From: Eledone cirrhosa
Taxonomy: Eukaryota
Assembly (NCBI GenBank): GCA_964016885.1
Contig: OZ024740.1
Span: 442,804,003-442,868,002, forward strand
Direction: 5' to 3'
DNA: 64,000 nucleotides
Shown here: positions 60,001-64,000 of the stretch, piece by piece
Layout of the letters: the number at the start of each line of letters is the position of its first letter
Position numbering within the stretch: position 1 is the first letter of the stretch
Notes under the pieces: generated by a model
What the model saw: the letters and a program-made list of their open reading frames with translations, nothing else
The model's database searches: none
What the model was told of the DNA's origin: nothing
Translations under genes and position numbers: made by a program

Positions 60001-60543
60001 CCCGTTATATACCGAGTGTCTTCCTGACACCCAGGGCAAGTAAACTCCTTTATATATCAAGTGTCTTCCTGCCACCCAAGGCAAGTAAACTCCGTTATAT
60101 ACCGAGTGTCTTCCTGACACCCAGGGCAAGTAAACCCCGTTATATACCGAGTGTCTTCCTGACACCCAGGGCAAGTAAACCCCGTTATATACCGAGTGTC
60201 TTCCTGACACCCAGGGCAAGTAAACCCCGTTATATACCGAGTGTCTTCTTGACACCCAGGGCAAGTAAACCCCGTTATATACCGAGTGTCTTCCTGACAC
60301 CCAGGGCAAGTAAATTCCTTTATATATCAAGTGTCCTCCTGACACCCAAGGCAAGTAAACTCCGTTATATACCGAGTGTCTTCCTGACACCCAGGGCAAG
60401 TAAACCCCGTTATATACCGAGTGTCTTCCTGAAACCCAGGGCCAGTAAACCCCGTTATATACCGAGTGTCTTCCTGAAACCCAGGGCAAGTAAACTCCGT
60501 TATATACCGTGTGTCTTCCTGACACCCAGGGCAAGTAAACTCC
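1..60543. repeat. 45-bp tandem satellite array, about 1,345 monomers, head-to-tail, continues beyond the left window edge
   Basis: The monomer GACACCCAGGGCAAGTAAACCCCGTTATATACCGAGTGTCTTCCT recurs continuously. Most monomers have 0-2 substitutions, with occasional 1-3 bp indels. I saw no inserted foreign sequence or inversion. The last recognisable bases are ...GGCAAGTAAACTCC at about 60543. Confidence 0.99.
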
Positions 60544-60610
60544 CTGTATACACTGGTAAGCCACACACCAAATTGATTATAATTCACAGCTTAAAATAAA
60601 AATATGATCA

Positions 60611-60821
60611 TTCTTTTTCTTTCTAGTATAGGCACAAGGCCAGTAATACTGTGGCTGGGAAAATCGATTAAATTGACCCCAGTGTATTACTGGTACTTTA
60701 TTTCATCGAACCCGTGAGGATGAAAGGCAAAGATAACCTTGGCTGGATTTGAACTCAGAACGCAAAGGGCTATAACTCTATGCTGTAAAGCATGGTGTCT
60801 GACGCTCTACCTATATTGCCA
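60611..60821 (-). mobile_element. tRNA-derived SINE, near full length (octopus-type family)
   Basis: The minus strand reads TGGCAATATAGGTAGAGC (A-box-like), then GAGTTCAAATCC (B-box, 60745-60756), the core CTTTGCCTTTCATCC...AAGTACCAGT...CTGGGGTCAATTTAATCGA, and the tail GGCCTTGTGCCTATACTAGAAAG. It is homologous to three other copies in the window. The family assignment is from recall. Confidence 0.85.
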
Positions 60822-60930
60822 TGGGGTGGATAAAACAAAGTACCAGGAAAGCACTGGAGTCGATTTAATCGACTTTTCCCTTCACCCCGAAAATTGTTGG
60901 CCTTATACCTCAATCAGAAACCATTATTGT
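60822..60930 (+). mobile_element. SINE 3' half (5'-truncated), same family
   Basis: GGGGTGGATAAAACAAAGTACCAG...CACTGGAGTCGATTTAATCGACT...GGCCTTATACCTCAATCAGAAA matches the core and tail of the adjacent copies. Confidence 0.8.
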
Positions 60931-61125
60931 TAGAGTGTCGGAATGGCTTTTATTACTGCAGTTACTCCATCTCTTTACGTTCTGAGTTCAAACCTCACCG
61001 ACGTGAACTTTGCCTTTTATCATTTCAGGGTCGACAAAGTAAAAGAACAGTCAAATATTGAGTTTGATTTAATCGACTTTCTCCTCTCTCAAGAATTGCT
61101 GGCCTTATGCCTAAATTAGAAATAG
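60931..61125 (+). mobile_element. tRNA-derived SINE, diverged copy
   Basis: B-box region GTTCTGAGTTCAAAC at 60979-60993, then ACTTTGCCTTTTATCATTTCAGGGTCGAC...GATTTAATCGACT...GGCCTTATGCCTAAATTAGAAA. Confidence 0.82.
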
Positions 61126-61348
61126 TTGTTGATTTTACTTGTTTATGTTTTTTGTCTGGATCTAGGGACTAAAGCTCTGACCTTCCTGCTCCGTGGAGAC
61201 TGGTCTAGTCTTTCAGATAAAATCATTATTACTACTTGTTTTGTACATCTTCAGATATAGGATTTCATCTACTTTGCCACATTCATTTATATACTTCAAT
61301 GTACGAAAGGCGTAGTGATACATCCAGTGGTACACACAGGCCCATAAA

Positions 61349-61359
61349 CCCCCCCCCCC

Positions 61360-61436
<77 letters not shown>
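61349..61436. repeat. poly-C tract followed by (AT)n microsatellite
   Basis: C run at 61349-61360, then a perfect (AT)n at 61363-61436. Confidence 0.98.
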
Positions 61437-61444
<8 letters not shown>

Positions 61445-61479
61445 TAATACTTCTACTGGCGCACACATGTCCATATATA

Positions 61480-61481
<2 letters not shown>

Positions 61482-61548
<67 letters not shown>
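61482..61548. repeat. (TA)n microsatellite
   Basis: Perfect TA dinucleotide run, directly abutting the 3' end of the minus-strand PLE fragment. Confidence 0.98.
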
Positions 61549-61553
<5 letters not shown>

Positions 61554-61555
<2 letters not shown>

Positions 61556-62103
61556 AACGGTAAACAGAAATAACAACACAATCGGTACAGCACATGGAAG
61601 GGATATATTAGGTTAACGCTTGATATATCAGGAAGAGGGTCTTAACGTTTCGGACGCTAGTGGAAATAAAGGGACAAGTGTTGCTGCGGGAACGGGAACA
61701 AGGATGAGAACCGGGTGGAATCGTGGGAGAGAAGAAAAGGAACTGCGAACCAGGAGGTTGCGGAGGTTGCAGGCGCGCTTAAAAGCAGTGATGGGTCGGT
61801 TTGGAAAAAAGCGAGACGGGGTCAGAAGATAGGATACGGAAGGAACGGAAGATATGTCGCCGGAGTGGTAGGGTGATGGTGTAGTAGGTGAGAAGGAAAG
61901 GAACACGGGTGTTGGGAGGGCGGGGGTGAGGTGAGAGGGCTGTGGTGCGGTCTGTTTCACGGGTACGGATGAGAGCAGCTTGGATCAGGGTGGGGGATAT
62001 CCACGCTGGATGAAGCAGCAAACCATGCGAAGGGAATGGGTTTCGAAATCGTCGTCCTGGCTACGGAGTCGACGACGACGGAGGAATTGGGAATAGGGTA
62101 TGA
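61554..62103 (-). mobile_element. Penelope-like retroelement fragment (Neptune-type), 5'-truncated, frameshifted, endonuclease domain deleted
   Basis: Stitching minus-strand frames gives IPYSQFLRRRRLRSQDDDFETHSLRMVCCFIQRGYP / TLIQAALIRTRETDRTTALSP...RVPFLLTY...FRILSSDP / FFPNRPITAFKRACNLRNLLVRS / PPGSHPCSRSRSNTCPFIS. These match the IPYSQFLRxRR, RGYP, P..AFxR..NL...LVRS and Cys-rich linker motifs of the Neptune RT C-terminus. The sequence then jumps into a pseudo-LTR tail (61554-61661). Confidence 0.85.
61662..62102 (-). pseudogene. Degenerate PLE reverse transcriptase C-terminal (thumb/linker) coding remnant
   Basis: At least three frameshifts. ORF-track entries 61779..62021 and 61628..61960 each capture one piece. 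Confidence 0.8.
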
Positions 62104-62265
62104 ATCGACCCCGGTACTGAACTGGTACTTTTTCTATCAACCTCGAAAGGATGAAGGGCAAAGTTGACCTCGGCGGGATTTAAACTCAGAGCGGGCAATG
62201 AGGTGGGACGAATACCGTATAGCCTTCTATCCGACGTCTTAGCGACTCTATAAATTCTTCGCCGT
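62104..62265 (-). mobile_element. tRNA-derived SINE, 3' tail missing
   Basis: The minus strand reads GGCGAAGAATTTATAGAGTCGCTAAGACGTCGGA...CTCTGAGTTTAAATCCCGCCGAGGTCAACTTTGCCCTTCATCCTTTCGAGGTTGATAG...AGTACCAGTTCAGTACCGGGGTCGATT. It is homologous to 60611-60821 and joins the PLE fragment directly. Confidence 0.85.
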
Positions 62266-62402
62266 CCATAAACATATATACACATATGAATGATACTACT
62301 GGCACCTATGGCCCCATACACGTGTATGTGCTTATAGAAACTGGCGCGCGTATACACTCTTAAAGAAAGACGTAAATGCGCACACGCTCACATGGATATG
62401 CG

Positions 62403-62404
<2 letters not shown>

Positions 62405-62459
<55 letters not shown>

Positions 62460-62475
62460 CTCTCTCTCTCTCTCT
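62405..62475. repeat. (CT)n microsatellite, followed by a degenerate TA-rich tract to about 62587
   Basis: Near-perfect CT run with one CCCC interruption. Confidence 0.97.
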
Positions 62476-62680
62476 TATACAAACACTCGTGTATATATAT
62501 ATATAATATAATATACACAAAACAACCAACATATACCTCAAAATTTATATATATATATACATACATACATATATATATATAATATATGTCAACATGAATG
62601 GACCTGTTATTTTTATCTAAAGACATTTTTTCCAATTCTCAACTCGCCCGTCCCCTCAATCTATCTTATTTCTCATTCTT

Positions 62681-62715
62681 TCTCTGATGAAGGACTAGTG
62701 TTCGAAACGTTAAGA
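62681..62715 (+). ncRNA. Minimal type I hammerhead ribozyme motif
   Basis: TCT-CTGATGA-A-GGAC-TAGT-GTTC-GAAACGTTA-AGA. It has the CUGAUGA and GAAA boxes, stem II GGAC/GTTC with one G-U pair, a palindromic AACGTT stem III region and a short stem I TCT/AGA. Confidence 0.78.
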
Positions 62716-62801
62716 CCCTTTTCCTGCTTTTACAGTGTTAACCTGATATATTCCTTCCATATACTGTACCGAATGTGTTGTTATTTTCTGTTTACCGTTT
62801 A
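62681..62801 (+). mobile_element. Pseudo-LTR / 3' end of the Neptune-type PLE family; may extend upstream toward about 62590
   Basis: 62694-62801 is a diverged inverted copy of 61554-61661. It contains a complete hammerhead core and ends in (TA)n. Confidence 0.8.
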
Positions 62802-62888
62802 CCATATATATATTATATATATAGGGGTGGAACACTGGAAGGTAATATCCGTAGTGGTAGAGCACTCAGTCCAAGGGACGAGTTAGGT

Positions 62889-63105
62889 AGAAGTGGTTAC
62901 ACAACAGTTAGTTCACCATACCGAGAACAATTGTTTCACCTTCGCGGATCTTCAGCTCGGGATGTGTATGTTTATAGGAACAGGAAAGACGACCGTACGA
63001 ACGCGCATGCGCAGAAACTCGGTCACTTCACACAGACAATACTAGACTGAGTGCGGGAGGTGTAAAGGAGATAACTGCGAAAGTCCAGAAAGTATTTAGG
63101 TTGAA
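62889..63105 (-). repeat. Inverted repeat, left arm (3' pseudo-LTR)
   Basis: AGAAGTGGTTACACAACAG...AGTATTTAGGTTGAA is the reverse complement of 63680-63896, with a few scattered substitutions. Confidence 0.95.
62921..62960 (-). ncRNA. Minimal type I hammerhead ribozyme motif
   Basis: The minus strand reads CCGAG-CTGAAGA-TCCGCGAAGGT-GAAAC-AATT-GTT-CTCGG. Stem I is CCGAG/CTCGG, the CUGAAGA and GAAA boxes are present, stem III is the palindrome ACAATTGT, and the predicted cleavage triplet is GUU. Confidence 0.85.
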
Positions 63106-63144
63106 AATAAAAATTAAAAAAATTAAAAATAAAATTACAAAGAA

Positions 63145-63684
63145 TCAGTCCGGAGCCTTGTAGTTATGCAATAGATGTTTGGTGACGTGTGGACAACGTG
63201 TGAAAAATTCACTTCTTGTGTTTAGGCAATCACTATTGCGTAATCTCTTTAGGAAAGCTATTCGTTCGTCGATACATAAGCCACACGTCGGATTTCCCCT
63301 TGCGTATGGCTTGGACTTAGTGATGGCTTTCCATTGAATGGAGTAGCCTATACTTGAGTCCTTGAGGGACCATACGTGGCTCGCGACTTTTGTGGATGAA
63401 CGTCTGTCCGGGTGTCTGAAGGTAGACTGGTGGTTCAGGAAACGATCCTTGAATCGGCCCTCCGCCATGCCCACATAAGATTTGACCTCCTGTCGTTCGT
63501 TTGGTCGGTTGGAAGTGACCACAGCTTCATAGATTACAGCTGGTGTGTTGCATTGCTGTTGAAGGGGGCATGCTTCAGGCTTACGGCAAGAGCACCCTGT
63601 TGGGGTGCTCCTAGGGATGCTGGTGAAGTGGGCCTTCATGTTCTTAGCGCAGGAGTATCCTAGTTTAACTTTGTGTCTGTTCAA
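63145..63684 (-). pseudogene. C-terminal GIY-YIG endonuclease region of a PLE polyprotein (uninterrupted 179 codons, N-terminus and RT lost)
   Basis: Motifs in order: NRHKVKLGYSC, CSCRKPEACPLQQQC, VIY...YVG (GIY-YIG), FKDRFLNH (catalytic R), HVWSLK, CGLCIDE (catalytic E), LNTRSE (conserved N), CPH. The TTG start lies at the inversion junction and is not a real start. Confidence 0.88.
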
Positions 63685-63896
63685 CCTAAAAACTTTCCGG
63701 ACTTTCGCAGTTATCTCCCTTACACCTCCCGCACGCAGTCTAGTATTGCCTGTGTGAAGTGACCGAGTTTCTGCGCATGCCCGTTCGTACGGTTGTCCTT
63801 CCTGTTCCTATAAACATACACATGCCGAGCTGAAGATCCGCGAAGGTGAAACAACTGTTCTCGGTATGGTGAACTAACTGTTGTGTAACCACTTCT
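63680..63896 (+). repeat. Inverted repeat, right arm (inverted pseudo-LTR)
   Basis: TTCAACCTAAAAACT...GTGTAACCACTTCT. It mirrors 62889-63105 and runs into (CT)n. Confidence 0.95.
63825..63864 (+). ncRNA. Minimal type I hammerhead ribozyme motif (second copy)
   Basis: CCGAG-CTGAAGA-TCCGCGAAGGT-GAAAC-AACT-GTT-CTCGG. One substitution (AATT to AACT) breaks the stem III palindrome. Confidence 0.82.
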
Positions 63897-63907
63897 CTCT
63901 CTCTCTC

Positions 63908-64000
<93 letters not shown>
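63895..64000. repeat. Compound (CT)n(TA)n microsatellite, runs off the window
   Basis: CT run to about 63963, then a TA run to the end of the window. Confidence 0.98.

Larger units (their letters stand above)
62889..63896 (-). mobile_element. 5'-truncated Penelope-like element with GIY-YIG end, 3' pseudo-LTR and inverted pseudo-LTR at the 5' junction
   Basis: An endonuclease ORF remnant lies between inverted repeats at 62889-63105 and 63680-63896, each with a hammerhead motif. 62824-62888 may be the 3' tail extension leading into (TA)n. Confidence 0.9.

Noticed and set aside
1-60543. CRISPR array or other repeat-spacer system
   Set aside because: There are no unique spacers: the variable positions are point variants of one monomer. 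No cas-like genes are present and the context is eukaryotic.
1-60543. Satellite monomer as a hammerhead ribozyme (CTGACAC...CCCAGGG...GTAAAC), as in newt or schistosome satellites
   Set aside because: The core would need CUGANGA and GAAA. The consensus has CUGACAC and GUAAAC with no stem I/III pairing, and the minus-strand consensus lacks CUGA.
1-60543. TATA box (TATATAA on minus) and forkhead-like GTAAAC in each monomer as regulatory sites
   Set aside because: These are short motifs with no supporting context, the forkhead consensus RYAAAYA is not met, and function cannot be supported from sequence alone.
4466-60587. (FTCPGCQEDTRYITG)n as a CxxC zinc-binding repeat protein
   Set aside because: It is one of three incidental open frames. 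The spacing does not match a known zinc-finger repeat, and type B monomers interrupt it with stops.
455-60599. Dozens of long ORFs (up to 920 aa) as protein-coding genes
   Set aside because: They are overlapping ORFs on both strands generated by a 45-bp unit. Starts are mostly TTG/GTG inside repeats, stops and frameshifts are copied along with the duplications, and there are no unique domains.
61236-62635. ORFs with YIYIYI, ERERER or SLSLSL runs
   Set aside because: They are translations of (TA)n and (CT)n microsatellites.
62845-62875. tRNA gene suggested by CCGTAGTGGTAGAGCACT
   Set aside because: This is only an A-box-like stretch, with no T-arm/B-box or cloverleaf. The SINE heads likewise do not form complete tRNAs.
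60739-63663. Short ORFs 60739..60933, 61620..61832, 62061..62357, 62698..62886, 62775..63050 and 63412..63663
   Set aside because: They lie within SINEs or pseudo-LTRs, or antisense to PLE coding remnants, and show no recognisable protein features.
62889-63896. DNA transposon or MITE with terminal inverted repeats
   Set aside because: The enclosed ORF is GIY-YIG, not a DDE transposase. The arms contain hammerheads, one arm truncates the ORF, and no target-site duplication is evident.

Overview
Eukaryotic, repeat-only window with no intact protein-coding gene. Positions 1 to about 60543 (95% of the window; left end not seen) are one uninterrupted, single-orientation tandem array of a 45-bp monomer (consensus GACACCCAGGGCAAGTAAACCCCGTTATATACCGAGTGTCTTCCT, about 1,345 copies by length/45). 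The array is built from nested multi-kb duplications and carries zone-specific variants. I treat the long repetitive ORFs as by-products of a 45-bp unit that is stop-free in 3 of 6 frames. The last 3.4 kb holds four tRNA-derived SINE copies that I recall as octopus-type (not database-checked), (TA)n and (CT)n microsatellites, and fragments of two different Penelope-like retroelements (PLEs). One is a decayed Neptune-type RT C-terminal fragment. The other is a 5'-truncated GIY-YIG endonuclease end flanked by about 217-bp inverted pseudo-LTRs. Together they carry three complete minimal hammerhead ribozyme motifs and one half motif. I cannot support a genuinely new system. The best leads are the satellite (dyad-rich monomer, layered history, abrupt edge) and the ribozyme-bearing PLEs.
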